Shown here: positions 30,065-40,559 of the stretch, in pieces
Position numbering within the stretch: position 1 is the stretch's first letter
Layout: each line of letters begins with the position of its first letter
Assembly (NCBI GenBank): GCA_027311125.1
Contig: DAICZO010000162.1
Span: 92-64,091, forward strand
Origin: Acidobacteriaceae bacterium
Lineage (GTDB): Bacteria; Acidobacteriota; Terriglobia; Terriglobales; Acidobacteriaceae
Direction of reading: 5' to 3'
Length of the DNA stretch: 64,000 nucleotides
The notes under the pieces: generated by a model
Databases searched by the model: none
The model's input: the letters and a program-made list of their open reading frames with translations, nothing else
Told to the model about the DNA's origin: nothing
Program-made: the position numbers and the translations under genes

Positions 30065-31681
30065 ATGGCACCACGTACTCGCCGCGCCCTCTTCTCCGTA
30101 ACCGTCTTCCTCGCGACCTGCGCGGTCTTCGGCACGCTCATCAACCAGAAGGTTGCAGCGCAGTCCGCATCGGATGAGTCGACCCTCCGCGATAGCCTCC
30201 ATGCCTTTACCGACGTTTACTCGATTGTGGAGCAGAACTACGCCGAGAAGCTGGACACCGACAAGACGGACAAGGTCATCTACGACGGTGCCATCCCGGG
30301 GATGCTGCACACTCTGGACCCGCACTCTAACTTCTACGATCCTAAGGCCTTCGCCCAGATGCGTGAAGACCAGCATGGCAAGTACTACGGCGTCGGTATG
30401 TCCATCCAGCCGCAGCCAGACAAGAATGGCACGACCAAGATCGTGGTTTTGGCGCCTTTTGAGGGGACCCCGTCGTACAAGGCAGGCATCAAGCCTGGTG
30501 ACGTGATTCTGTTGATTGATGGTAAGTCCACCGACGGGATGGACTCGGCTGCGGTTGCTTCCCTGCTGAAAGGCCCTCGTGGAACCCATGTTTCGGTGAC
30601 GATGAGCCGTGAAGGAGCCAGTAAGCCGCTGGTTTTCGACCTGATCCGAGACGAAATTCCACGTAATTCCGTCGATCTGGCCTTTATGATCCGCCCCGGC
30701 ATCGGCTATATCCATGTTACGAATTTTATGGAGACAACCAGCCGTGAGGTTGGCGATGCCCTCGACAGGTTCGGCGACATCAAGGGTCTGGTGATCGACC
30801 TGCGCGGCAACCCAGGCGGCCTGCTGAACGAAGCCGTCAACATGTCGGACAAGTTCCTGCAGAAGGGACAGATTGTCGTCTCGCAACGCGGACGGGCCTT
30901 CCCCGACCAGGTCTACCGCGTCTCCCACGGAGAAGAGGGGACCAAGTATCCGATCGTCGTTCTGGTGAACCGCAACACCGCCTGGGCGGGTGAGATCGTC
31001 TCCGGTGCACTACAGGACCATGACCGCGCCTTGATCGTCGGCGAGACCACCTTCGGTAAAGGCCTGGTGCAGACGGTATTCCAAATCACGGAGAACACTG
31101 GTCTGGCCCTGACCACCTACCACTACTACACGCCCTCTGGCCGGTTGATCCAGCGCAACTACGACCACGTCTCGCTGTACGACTACTACTATGTGCGCAA
31201 TGATGCGGCCAAGCCGGACAAGACCAACCTTGAGGTCAAGCTTACGGACTCCGGCCGGACGGTCTATGGTGGTGGCGGCATCACGCCGGATGAGAAGATC
31301 GACAACCTCAAATCTAATCACTTCCAGGACACGCTGCTTCAGCACTATGCTTTCTTCAACTTCAGCAAGCACTATCTGGCCAGCCACACGGTTGCACGAG
31401 ACTTCGTTGTGGATGACGCGGTGATGCAGCAGTTCAAGGACTACCTGAAGAGCAATTCCATCGAATACACCGATGCCGACCTTGCCGGAGTCAGCAACTG
31501 GGTGAAGGAGAGCATCAAGAGCGAGCTGTTTACGTCTCAGTTCGGCCAGTTGGAAGGCCTGAAAGTGCGTGCCGAGTGGGATCCGCAGATTGCCAAGGCG
31601 GTCACATTTATCCCCCAGGCTGAGGCTCTGGAGCAGCACTTGGAAGCGACACAAAAGACGGTTGCCAGCGTGAGTCGCTAA
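30065..31681 (+). CDS. ctpA: S41 C-terminal processing peptidase (PDZ domain)
   Basis: LDPHS, GVG, DLRGNPGG, TTFGKG, YYTPSGRLIQ; catalytic ASASE motif reads AWAGE. Confidence 0.88.
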   Translation: MAPRTRRALFSVTVFLATCAVFGTLINQKVAAQSASDESTLRDSLHAFTDVYSIVEQNYAEKLDTDKTDKVIYDGAIPGMLHTLDPHSNFYDPKAFAQMREDQHGKYYGVGMSIQPQPDKNGTTKIVVLAPFEGTPSYKAGIKPGDVILLIDGKSTDGMDSAAVASLLKGPRGTHVSVTMSREGASKPLVFDLIRDEIPRNSVDLAFMIRPGIGYIHVTNFMETTSREVGDALDRFGDIKGLVIDLRGNPGGLLNEAVNMSDKFLQKGQIVVSQRGRAFPDQVYRVSHGEEGTKYPIVVLVNRNTAWAGEIVSGALQDHDRALIVGETTFGKGLVQTVFQITENTGLALTTYHYYTPSGRLIQRNYDHVSLYDYYYVRNDAAKPDKTNLEVKLTDSGRTVYGGGGITPDEKIDNLKSNHFQDTLLQHYAFFNFSKHYLASHTVARDFVVDDAVMQQFKDYLKSNSIEYTDADLAGVSNWVKESIKSELFTSQFGQLEGLKVRAEWDPQIAKAVTFIPQAEALEQHLEATQKTVASVSR

Positions 31682-31701
31682 ACACCAACCCAAGCAGCAG
31701 A

Positions 31702-31730
31702 AAGGCCGCCCCTGAGTCCGGGCGGCCTTT
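31702..31730. terminator. Probable bidirectional terminator between ctpA and tRNA-Gly
   Basis: aaaggccgccc/gggcggccttt inverted repeat. Confidence 0.7.
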
Positions 31731-31773
31731 GATTTTGCCGGCAACTCCGGCAGCTATTTCTGTGTTGAATGTC

Positions 31774-31848
31774 TGGAGCGGGAGACGGGGATCGAACCCG
31801 CAACCAACGGCTTGGGAAGCCGCTACTCTACCATTGAGCTACTCCCGC
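31774..31848 (-). tRNA. tRNA-Gly (CCC)
   Basis: Cloverleaf GCGGGAG...CTCCCGC-TCCA; anticodon loop TT-CCC-AA; TTCGA T-loop; TATAAT upstream. Confidence 0.96.
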
Positions 31849-31953
31849 TTCGAACCCTATTATAACCGCGAAACGGGTATGAATCGAGATTGGCCTATGC
31901 CGACCACTCTGAGTACTGCTCCTTCCGGGATACAGGCGTGGAGGCTGTCTCGG

Positions 31954-32457
31954 TCAGGAGGGTTGCGACTGGCTGGATCCAATCTTGTTCAGTTCCTGCT
32001 GTAACGCGAGCGAATCGAGACTGGCGATGGGCAGACTCAGAAACATGCGGATACGCCGACTCAGTTCAGCGAATGCCAGGCTAAAGGCGTGTTCGATCTC
32101 CGCAGGAGTTCCTGCAACGGATGCAGGATCGGGGATGCCCCAGTGCGCTGTGACCGGTTGTCCTGGCCAGATAGGACAGACCTCGTTGGCCGCGTTGTCG
32201 CAGACGGTAAAGATGAAGTTGAGGTGAGGCGAATCGGGTTGCGAGAACTCTTCCCAGGACTTGCTGCGTAGACTGGTTGCGTCCCAGCCTGCCCGCTCGA
32301 TCTGACGGATAGCCTCAGGCCGTACCCGTCCTGCAGGGTGGCTACCTGCGCTGAAAGCGGTAAAGCTGGCACCGCCAATATTGTTCAGGATTGCTTCCGC
32401 CATGATCGAACGGGCAGAGTTGCCGGTGCAGAGAAACATTACGTTGTAGTGCTGCAT
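31954..32457 (-). CDS. arsC: Arsenate reductase (LMW-PTP fold)
   Basis: CTGNSARS, TVCDNAANEVCP, HWGIPDP; ars context. Confidence 0.9.
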   Translation of the reverse strand: MQHYNVMFLCTGNSARSIMAEAILNNIGGASFTAFSAGSHPAGRVRPEAIRQIERAGWDATSLRSKSWEEFSQPDSPHLNFIFTVCDNAANEVCPIWPGQPVTAHWGIPDPASVAGTPAEIEHAFSLAFAELSRRIRMFLSLPIASLDSLALQQELNKIGSSQSQPS

Positions 32458-32484
32458 AGGGGTTCTTAGCCTCTTGGTTCGAGT

Positions 32485-33372
32485 TCAGGATGCGCTGGGC
32501 TTGACGGCAAAGACCTTGACACTGGCGGCCGCGGCGTTGATGTCGTACTGCGCGAGCAGGGTGGTTAGCTCCTCGTGCAGGGTAGCCGACTGGGTTGGGG
32601 CCGGCGTACAACATGACGATTCGATGAGTTGGAACGGGCTTGCCTCGGCCATCGAGGGCGAGCAGCAGCCGGACTGGTTCTCTACCTTCGCGTAGGCATT
32701 GAGGTCTGCACCGCTATCCACGATCTCCACGTGGGCAAACCCGGCTGCGAGTAGCTGGGCACGGTAGTCGTCGATCAGAAGAGCGCCGGCGATGCAACCG
32801 ACGTATGCGGCCACACTTTGGGCGACGGCCTTCGGCAGTTCGTGCTTCAGCGCGATATCGCTGATGGCTACACGCCCACCTGGCTTGAGCACGCGTGCAA
32901 TCTCGCGGAAGACGGCTGGCTTGTTGGGGGCGAGATTGATGACGCAGTTGGAGACGACACAATCCACCGAAGCATCGGGTAGCGGAATCTGATCGATGGT
33001 CGATTGGTAGAACTCAACATTCTGATAGCCACCTGAACGAGCGTTGGCTCGGGAACGCTCAATCATCTCCGGCGTCATGTCGATGCCGATGGCGCGTCCT
33101 TGCGGGCCGACCAGCTTCGAGGCAAGGAACACATCAAGGCCACCACCTGATCCAAGATCTACGACGACCTCGCCCGGCCGCAGGTGTGCGGTAGCGGTGG
33201 GATTTCCGCAGGATAGGCCCATGTTTGCGTCTGCCGGGATGGAGGTGAGCTCCTCAGCAGAGTAGCCGAAGGCCTCTGCGACTGCCTTTACCCCTGCGTG
33301 ATCGTTCGAAAGAGTACTTGCTGCGACGGCTCCGTACTTCGATTTGACCGACTCCAATATCTGCTCTGCCAT
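32485..33372 (-). CDS. arsM: Arsenite S-adenosylmethionine methyltransferase
   Basis: GLSCGNP, DLGSGGG, SNCVINL, GCIAGA. Confidence 0.92.
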   Translation of the reverse strand: MAEQILESVKSKYGAVAASTLSNDHAGVKAVAEAFGYSAEELTSIPADANMGLSCGNPTATAHLRPGEVVVDLGSGGGLDVFLASKLVGPQGRAIGIDMTPEMIERSRANARSGGYQNVEFYQSTIDQIPLPDASVDCVVSNCVINLAPNKPAVFREIARVLKPGGRVAISDIALKHELPKAVAQSVAAYVGCIAGALLIDDYRAQLLAAGFAHVEIVDSGADLNAYAKVENQSGCCSPSMAEASPFQLIESSCCTPAPTQSATLHEELTTLLAQYDINAAAASVKVFAVKPSAS

Positions 33373-33387
33373 GGAACACCTCTACAA

Positions 33388-33445
33388 ACATATTCGCTGA
33401 GGCGACTATATGCGTTGCAAAACACATTCGTCAAGGCGTATAAGT
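33388..33445. promoter_or_regulatory. Divergent ars promoter region with two imperfect palindromes (candidate ArsR operators)
   Basis: acatattcgc-tgag-gcgactatatg and acacattcgtcaaggcgtataagt; TTGCAA-N18-TATAAG overlaps them. Confidence 0.6.
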
Positions 33446-33450
33446 AAGTG

Positions 33451-33858
33451 ATGGCACGAAAAGCATCTATGTTCAACCCTGAGCTTTTTTTCAAGGCTCT
33501 CGGCGACAAGACCCGACTACGCCTACTGAATCTGATGGGAGAGCAGGAGATTTGCGTCTGCTATCTGGTAGAGATTCTGGAGCAAGGTCAGCCGAAGATC
33601 TCACGGCATCTGGCGTATCTGCGTCGAGCCGGAGTTGTCGAGGCGCGACGCGATGGCAAGTGGATGCACTACCGAATCGTGATGCCACCGGACACTGGCG
33701 CGGCACAGATTCTGCGCCAGACGCTCGCATGGCTACAGGAGGAGCGGTCAATGCAGGCTGATCGTTCGCGCCTGTCGAAGGCATGCTGCAGCCCCGCCAA
33801 GTATGTGGCACTGCAAGGCGCTCCACTTCCCGTATCCGTAATGCTTGAGAGCCGATAA
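33451..33858 (+). CDS. arsR: ArsR/SmtB family repressor
   Basis: [24 protein letters not shown]; C-terminal CC pair. Confidence 0.92.
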   Translation: MARKASMFNPELFFKALGDKTRLRLLNLMGEQEICVCYLVEILEQGQPKISRHLAYLRRAGVVEARRDGKWMHYRIVMPPDTGAAQILRQTLAWLQEERSMQADRSRLSKACCSPAKYVALQGAPLPVSVMLESR

Positions 33859-33860
33859 CT

Positions 33861-34976
33861 ATGTCCCTTGCCCCCTACACGTCCGCAACACTGTGCACTC
33901 CTGCGGTTCGCAGGAAGCTCTCGTTTCTTGATCGCTATCTCACCTTGTGGATTTTTCTGGCGATGGCTATTGGAGTCGCGATTGGTCACTTCGTTCCGTC
34001 GACGGCTGAGTTCGTCAATCGCTTTCAGTCCGGAACGACGAACATTCCGATTGCGATTGGACTGATCATCATGATGTATCCGCCCTTGGCGAAGGTTCGC
34101 TATGAAAAACTTGCCGAGGTCTTTCGCAACCGTCGTATTCTTGGCTTGTCGCTGCTGCAGAACTGGATCATTGGTCCACTGTTGATGTTTGGTCTTGCGC
34201 TGACGTTCCTGCGTGGAGAACCGGCGTACATGCGCGGTCTTATCCTGATCGGGATTGCGCGCTGCATCGCAATGGTGATGGTGTGGAATGAACTTGCCGG
34301 AGGCGATACGGATTACGTTGCCGGACTGGTCGCGATCAACAGCGTCTTTCAGGTGGTCTTTTACAGTTTGTACGCATGGATATTCATCACGGTTTTACCC
34401 ACGTGGTTTGGCTTGCAGGGGTCGGTGGTGCGGGTTGGCATAGGTCAAATTGCGCGCAGCGTATTTATCTATCTGGGCATTCCTTTTTTGGCTGGCATGG
34501 TGACGCGGTACACGCTGATCCGCGCCAAGGGCGAGGAGTGGTACCGGACAGAGTTTATTCCTCGCATCAGCCCCTTGACGCTGGTGGCGTTGCTGTTCAC
34601 GATCGTAGTCATGTTCTCGCTGAAGGGCGATCTGATTGTCAGACTGCCATTCGACGTCCTCAAGATTGCGGTGCCGCTGCTGATCTACTTTGTGCTCATG
34701 TTTCTGGTCAGCTTCTGGGCAGGCAAGCGGCTGGGCGCCAATTACGCGCAGTCTGCAACGCTTTCCTTTACGGCTGCGGGTAACAACTTCGAGCTTGCTA
34801 TCGCAGTGGCGATCGCGGTCTTCGGGCTTAACTCAGGAGAGGCATTTGTCGGCGTGATTGGGCCACTGGTTGAGGTGCCCGCGCTGATTGGCCTGGTCAA
34901 CGTAGCGTACTGGCTGCGCAAACGGTACTACGTTGGAGAGGGGCCGAACGGGGCAGCAGAAGCTTTGAATGGGTAG
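33861..34976 (+). CDS. acr3: ACR3-family arsenite efflux transporter
   Basis: [34 protein letters not shown]. Confidence 0.95.
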   Translation: MSLAPYTSATLCTPAVRRKLSFLDRYLTLWIFLAMAIGVAIGHFVPSTAEFVNRFQSGTTNIPIAIGLIIMMYPPLAKVRYEKLAEVFRNRRILGLSLLQNWIIGPLLMFGLALTFLRGEPAYMRGLILIGIARCIAMVMVWNELAGGDTDYVAGLVAINSVFQVVFYSLYAWIFITVLPTWFGLQGSVVRVGIGQIARSVFIYLGIPFLAGMVTRYTLIRAKGEEWYRTEFIPRISPLTLVALLFTIVVMFSLKGDLIVRLPFDVLKIAVPLLIYFVLMFLVSFWAGKRLGANYAQSATLSFTAAGNNFELAIAVAIAVFGLNSGEAFVGVIGPLVEVPALIGLVNVAYWLRKRYYVGEGPNGAAEALNG

Positions 34977-35067
34977 CTCGACGCGGTTGCAAGTGTCGCT
35001 CTTGAGACCGACGTTTCGTCCTTCGTCTTCAGGTTCTGTTCGATGGAGAATAGCCTGTGGTGTTGTT

Positions 35068-35109
35068 TGTGATCTTAGTCACTGCATGATTCCCCATGAG
35101 GCGTACTGT
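35068..35109 (+). promoter_or_regulatory. CRP/FNR-type site with downstream -10 (class II geometry)
   Basis: TGTGA-tcttag-TCACT at 35068-35083; TACTGT at 35104-35109. Confidence 0.5.
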
Positions 35110-35216
35110 AGTGTTTGCAGGTAGTTTGCTGGCAACGCCGTCGGTTTCTCTATTGCAGATGCTCTGAAGAGGATGCTACCGAGTAAGCGTGGCTGGGCAC
35201 GAAGCATGATCGAACG

Positions 35217-36596
35217 ATGAGAGATCGAACGATGAAGAAGCAGGTTGTCTCCACGTTGAAAATACGGCTACGGGTCCACGCTGTATCGCTGGTGGTCATT
35301 TGGGGGAGCGTATTTGGCTGGGCTGATCCGACCTGGGCCGACGACTTGAAGACGGCCTATCAACAGGCTGCATCGACGTCGCCCGTACTTGCGCAGGCAC
35401 GTGCGCAGTTTGATGCAGAGTTAGCCTCACGACCGCTGGCTCGCGCTGCACTGCTGCCGCACATCAATGCGGGAGCCAGTGGTGGAATGAATACGGCCCA
35501 TGTAACGGGTTTTGGCGCACAACCGCTATCCACGGGTTACCACTCAGATATCTTCAGTGCAAGCCTGACAGAGTCGATCTTCAACGGGCAGGCCTTCACA
35601 GCGATGAAGCAGGCCGACAGCCGCATTCGGGCCAGCGAGGCAGCGATGGCCTTTGCCGAGCAGTTGGTAGCCCTCGAGGTTACCAAGGCTTACTTCAGCG
35701 TGTTGCAGGCGCAAGCCAACGAGCGCGTGGCACAGCAGCAGATGGATCTGTTGCAGAGTATCTGCGACCAGACTAATGCCAGCCTCAAGGTGGGGACAGG
35801 AGACATCATCTCCGTGCAGGAAGTGCAGGCGCAACTGGATGCCGCGAGCGCTGATCTCATCACCGCGAAGAATACAGTGGCGATTGCGAAGAACCAGTTA
35901 CAGCGTCTGACGCATCATCCCGTCGGGACGTTGCAGGACATCACCACGTTGCACGCGCTGGGGCCACAGCCGGATACGGTTGAGCCGTGGCTTGTTGCTG
36001 CACTGAACAACCAGCCATTACTGCAACAGGCCCAGCAGACATTGAGGGTTTCAGAACAGCAGGTCCAGTTTGCCCGACGAGCGCGCTGGCCGACGCTGAG
36101 CTTGAGCGGAGTGGGACAACACGCCGCGGGAATTCTTATTCCGCCAGTTGCCATCGATCAGGTTGGAGCCTCGCTTAACCTCTCCATCCCTATCTACGAA
36201 GGCGGAAGCACGCGGGCAAGTATCCATCAGGCGGAGGCACTGGCAAGGGCCAGCAAGGCGAATGTAGCCAACGTTCAAGACCAGATCCGACTGGACACGG
36301 AGACCGCCTTTCTTGATCTGCAAAACAGTGTCGCGCAGTATCAGGCGACCCAGCAATCGGTCACATCGGCACAGGTCTCGCTGGCAGGTACACGCAAAGG
36401 ATATGAGATCGGAAGCCGCTCCATCATCGATGTGCTGACGGCGACTACCAACCTTGCGGCGGCACAACGCAACTACTATCTCGCCCTTTACACACAGTTG
36501 GTCGCTCGGACGCAGTTGAAGGCAGCCGCAGGCGTGCTGACGCCGCAGGACATTGAGGCGATCAATGCCATGCTCTCCAGCAGTGCTTCGCGGTGA
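35217..36596 (+). CDS. TolC-family outer membrane efflux protein
   Basis: ALLPHI, AYFSVL, LSIPIYEGG, YEIGSRSIIDVL; start may be 35232. Confidence 0.9.
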   Translation: MRDRTMKKQVVSTLKIRLRVHAVSLVVIWGSVFGWADPTWADDLKTAYQQAASTSPVLAQARAQFDAELASRPLARAALLPHINAGASGGMNTAHVTGFGAQPLSTGYHSDIFSASLTESIFNGQAFTAMKQADSRIRASEAAMAFAEQLVALEVTKAYFSVLQAQANERVAQQQMDLLQSICDQTNASLKVGTGDIISVQEVQAQLDAASADLITAKNTVAIAKNQLQRLTHHPVGTLQDITTLHALGPQPDTVEPWLVAALNNQPLLQQAQQTLRVSEQQVQFARRARWPTLSLSGVGQHAAGILIPPVAIDQVGASLNLSIPIYEGGSTRASIHQAEALARASKANVANVQDQIRLDTETAFLDLQNSVAQYQATQQSVTSAQVSLAGTRKGYEIGSRSIIDVLTATTNLAAAQRNYYLALYTQLVARTQLKAAAGVLTPQDIEAINAMLSSSASR

Positions 36597-36626
36597 GCCG
36601 TATGCTGTTCCGTCAGGAGAAGACAC

Positions 36627-37712
36627 ATGATTTCGGTCAAGAAGCGCGCTTTCCTTGTTGTCCTTCTGGTTGTGCTGGTGAGTGCGGGTCTCGTCGCGCG
36701 GTACTGGCTCGCGCACCGGCCTGCTCCCAGCGACACCATCACGCTGTACGGCAATGTTGATATACGCCAGGTTCAACTAGCCTTCAACGATAGCGAGCGG
36801 GTAGAAAAACTGCTGGTGGATGAAGGCAGTGCCGTTCATGCAGGCCAACTAGTGGCGCAACTGGTACAGCAGCGGTTTACCGATGCGGTGGGTCAAAGCC
36901 AGTCGACGGTTGCGGCGCAGCAGCAGTTGGTTGCACGCCTACTGGCCGGGAGCCGGCCGGAGGAGATTGCACAGGCTCGGGCCGATGTTGCCGCAGCGCA
37001 AGCCGACGTAGAAGCCGCCCAAGCCAATGTAACCAACGCAGAGTTGTTGTTTCACCGCCAGCAGACGCTGGCTAAACAACAATATGTTTCGCTGCAGATT
37101 CGCGATGATGCCGAGCGCACCTATCTGATGAACCAGGCCAGTCTGGCAGCGAAGAAGCAGGCACTGGCGGCTAAAGAGCAGGCATTGCGACTGGCCGTAA
37201 ATGGACCGCGGAAGGAAGATATCGCCGCAGCGCAGGCAACTGTGCGGGCAAGTCAGTCGGCGCTGGCTTTGGCGCAAAAGCAATTGGCCGATACGCAACT
37301 GTACGCTCCGGCTGACGGCGTGATACAGAATCGGATTCTTGAGACGGGAGATATGGCTACTCCGCAAACTCCAGTATTCACGGTTGCTTTAGACAACCCA
37401 CTGTGGGTCCGGGCTTATCTGTCAGAGCCGGAGATGGGAAAGGTAGCTCTGGGTATGCGTGCATGGATCGAGTCGGACAGCTTTCCCGGCCAACGCTTTC
37501 CGGGTTGGATTGGCTATATCTCTCCGGTGTCGGAGTTTACGCCGAAGAGCGTCGAGACCACGCAACTACGCTCGCAGTTGGTGTATCGGGTTCGCGTGTA
37601 TGCCTGCAACCCAGACCATCGTCTGCGCCTGGGGATGCCGGCCACCGTTGTCATTCCACTGAGCGACAATCCTATCCACGCGATCGATGCGCATCCATGC
37701 GAGAAGAATTGA
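36627..37712 (+). CDS. HlyD-family periplasmic adaptor (YbhG-like)
   Basis: LYGNVDIRQV, GSRPEEI, APADG, EFTPKSVET. Confidence 0.9.
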   Translation: MISVKKRAFLVVLLVVLVSAGLVARYWLAHRPAPSDTITLYGNVDIRQVQLAFNDSERVEKLLVDEGSAVHAGQLVAQLVQQRFTDAVGQSQSTVAAQQQLVARLLAGSRPEEIAQARADVAAAQADVEAAQANVTNAELLFHRQQTLAKQQYVSLQIRDDAERTYLMNQASLAAKKQALAAKEQALRLAVNGPRKEDIAAAQATVRASQSALALAQKQLADTQLYAPADGVIQNRILETGDMATPQTPVFTVALDNPLWVRAYLSEPEMGKVALGMRAWIESDSFPGQRFPGWIGYISPVSEFTPKSVETTQLRSQLVYRVRVYACNPDHRLRLGMPATVVIPLSDNPIHAIDAHPCEKN

Positions 37713-37713
37713 T

Positions 37714-39447
37714 ATGGATGCCGTACTCGTCAGGAATCTGAGCAAGTCATTCGGCAAGGGCACTGGGCGCAGAGACGCGCTTAAGCATATCTCTCTGCGT
37801 CTTCCGGTGGGCAGTATGACAGCGATCATCGGGCCGGATGGCGCGGGCAAAACTACCCTTCTGCGACTGCTGGCTGGCATCCTGATGCCCATCGCGGATG
37901 AGATTCGTGTTCTCGACCATGTACTGCCTCGGGAGGCGCTGGCGCTGCAGAGCCGGATTGGCTATATGCCGCAGCGCTTTGGCCTGTATGAAGATTTGAC
38001 GGTGGAAGAGAATTTGAATCTCTTCGCAAGTCTTCATGGTATCTCGCACACGATGCGAGAGCGCCGCTTCAACGAATTACTAGCCCTGACCGCACTCGGC
38101 CCATTTCGCCAACGGCAGGCTGGACAACTGTCTGGCGGGATGAAGCAGAAGCTGGGACTGGCCTGCACACTGATCCATCCGCCGCAGTTGTTGCTACTGG
38201 ATGAAGCAAGTGTAGGCGTCGATCCAATCTCGCGGCGGGAGCTATGGAGCATCATTCATCAACAGGTGACCAGGCAGAACGTCACCGTACTGCTGAGCAC
38301 AGCTTATATGGATGAAGCGGAGCGCTGCGATCATGTGATTCTATTGCACGAAGGAGAGATTCTGGCGCAGGGCAGTCCGAAGCTGCTTGCCGCACCGCTG
38401 CAGGGCCATACCTTCCTGCTGGAAGATATCCCAACGGCGCCGCGCAATCTACAGTCGCGCCTTGCCCAGATGCCCGGCGTAGTGGACACAGTGATTCAAG
38501 GCGATGGACTCCGTATCGTGATGCAGGAGTCGCAGCCGCCACGATTGCAGGACGATCTGGCCAGCTATGGCGTACCCAGAGCCGTACCTGCACGGCTGGA
38601 AGATGCCTTTGTCAGCCTGCTATTCAGCCGAAGTCCGCGACATGTTGTGGCACTCCCGCCGCATCGCGACGATTCCCACGACGGATCAACCATTGTGGAA
38701 GTGATCGATCTTTGTCGGAACTTCGGAGCCTTTGCCGCAGTCAAGGATCTCTCGTTTACCGTTCGTAAGGGCGAGATATTCGGGCTACTAGGAGCGAATG
38801 GCGCAGGCAAGTCGACAACCTTCCGAATGCTGTGCGGACTGCTGCCGCCGTCGTCTGGAGCGCTGTTGGTTGCTGGTCTCGATCTGCGCAAGGCGGCAGC
38901 CGCGGCACGTGCGCGAATCGGGTATGTCTCGCAGAAGTTCGCGCTGTACGGAACCCTGAGTGTGCAACAGAATCTCTCGTTCTTCGCTACGGCGTACGGG
39001 CTGAGCAAGCAGCACAGGCAAGAGCGCATAAGGTGGGCACTGTAAGAGCTTGAATTACAGGAGTACGCGGAGATGAATGCGAGCAGCCTGCCGCTAGGCT
39101 ATAAACAAAGGCTGGCGCTGGCCTGCGCGCTGATGCATAAGCCGGACATTCTGTTTCTCGACGAGCCAACATCCGGGGTTGATCCCCTGGCTCGTCGGGA
39201 GTTCTGGGCGCGGGTGAATGCACTGGCCGAAGGTGGAACCACATGCCTGGTGACCACGCACTTTATGGAGGAGGCAGAGTACTGCGATCATCTGGTGCTG
39301 ATGTCGCTCGGGGAGATCCTCGCACAAGGGACCCCGTCTGAGATCAAAGCTAAGGCTCGTCGTGTCGACCGGCCGAACCCAAGCATGGAAGATGCATTTA
39401 TCGCACTGATCGAAGAGCACGAACAGCCTACGCGGAGGGCATCATGA
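37714..39447 (+). pseudogene. Dual-domain ABC ATPase (YbhF-like) with an in-frame TAA at 39043-39045
   Basis: GPDGAGKTT and LSGG; second Walker A GANGAGKST; frame continues WAL*ELEL..LPLGYKQRL..DEPTSGVDP. Confidence 0.85.
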
Positions 39448-40559
39448 AGTGGATGCGTCTCTCTGGCCTGATGCGCAAGGAGGTATACGAGATCGTTCGC
39501 GATCCGTCCAGCATTGCCATCGCGTTCATCCTTCCGCTGGTGCTGCTGCTGCTCTTTGGCTATGGTGTCTCGCTGGATGCACGGCACATCGCTATTGCAG
39601 AAGTGGTCGATCAACCAACACAGCTTTCCGCATCTTTTCTAGCGGAGCTTGAACGCTCGCCATGGTTTCGTCCCACCATCTATACGGATCGCATCTCCGC
39701 TGAGCAGGCAATGATGCGAGGAGATACCGATGCTATCCTGTGGCTGCGAAGCGACTTCACGCGACTCGCCTACAGCTCGGGCAGTGCTCCGATACAACTC
39801 ACCGTGAACGGCGTCGATGCCAATCAGGCACGCATGATTGAGAACTACGTGACTGGAACCTGGCAGACCTGGCTGCAACAGGAAGCGACACGCGGAGCCA
39901 CGCGACTGTCAACCCCGGTGATTGCCGACACGAGAATCTGGTTCAACCCTTCGCTACGGAGTCGCGACTACCTTATCCCCGGACTCATCGCGATTATCAT
40001 GACGCTCATCGGTGCTCTGCTGACCGCGCTGGTTGTCGCGAGAGAGTGGGAGCGCGGAACCATGGAAGGAATCATGGTAACTCCGGTAGCCAGAACCGAG
40101 ATTCTGCTGGGTAAGCTGATCCCCTACTTCATCATGGGTATGTGCGGGATGATGATGTCGACTGCAATGGCTATCTTTTTGTTTGGGGTACCGCTGCGTG
40201 GATCGTTATTGACACTGTTCGGCACTGCGGCGCTCTTTTTACTCACGGCACTGGGCATGGGCCTTGTGATCTCGGTGCTGGCACGCAGCCAGTTTGTTGC
40301 TGCGATGGTGGCCATCGTCACTACGTTTTTACCAGCATTCATCCTGTCCGGCTTTCTGTTTGATATTCGCTCCATGCCGCAGATCATTCAGGTGCTAACT
40401 CACATTGTGGCTGCGCGCTACTTTGTCACTATGCTGCAAAGCTCATTCCTAGCGGGAGACATCTGGTCCGTACTGATTCCAAACGCGTTGGGAATGAGTA
40501 CCCTCTGCATCGTCTTTTTAGGCATTGCACTACTGCGATTTCACAAAAGGCTGGACTGA
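39444..40559 (+). CDS. ABC-2 permease (YbhS-like)
   Basis: RDPSS, WFNP, AREWERGTME. Confidence 0.9.
   Translation: MKWMRLSGLMRKEVYEIVRDPSSIAIAFILPLVLLLLFGYGVSLDARHIAIAEVVDQPTQLSASFLAELERSPWFRPTIYTDRISAEQAMMRGDTDAILWLRSDFTRLAYSSGSAPIQLTVNGVDANQARMIENYVTGTWQTWLQQEATRGATRLSTPVIADTRIWFNPSLRSRDYLIPGLIAIIMTLIGALLTALVVAREWERGTMEGIMVTPVARTEILLGKLIPYFIMGMCGMMMSTAMAIFLFGVPLRGSLLTLFGTAALFLLTALGMGLVISVLARSQFVAAMVAIVTTFLPAFILSGFLFDIRSMPQIIQVLTHIVAARYFVTMLQSSFLAGDIWSVLIPNALGMSTLCIVFLGIALLRFHKRLD

Noticed and set aside
27083-39045. Stop-codon recoding or an alternative genetic code suggested by the in-frame TAG and TAA
   Set aside because: The two cases use different codons, and TAG and TAA both terminate many intact genes here. 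Frameshifts and a missense lesion also occur, so mutation or assembly error is simpler.
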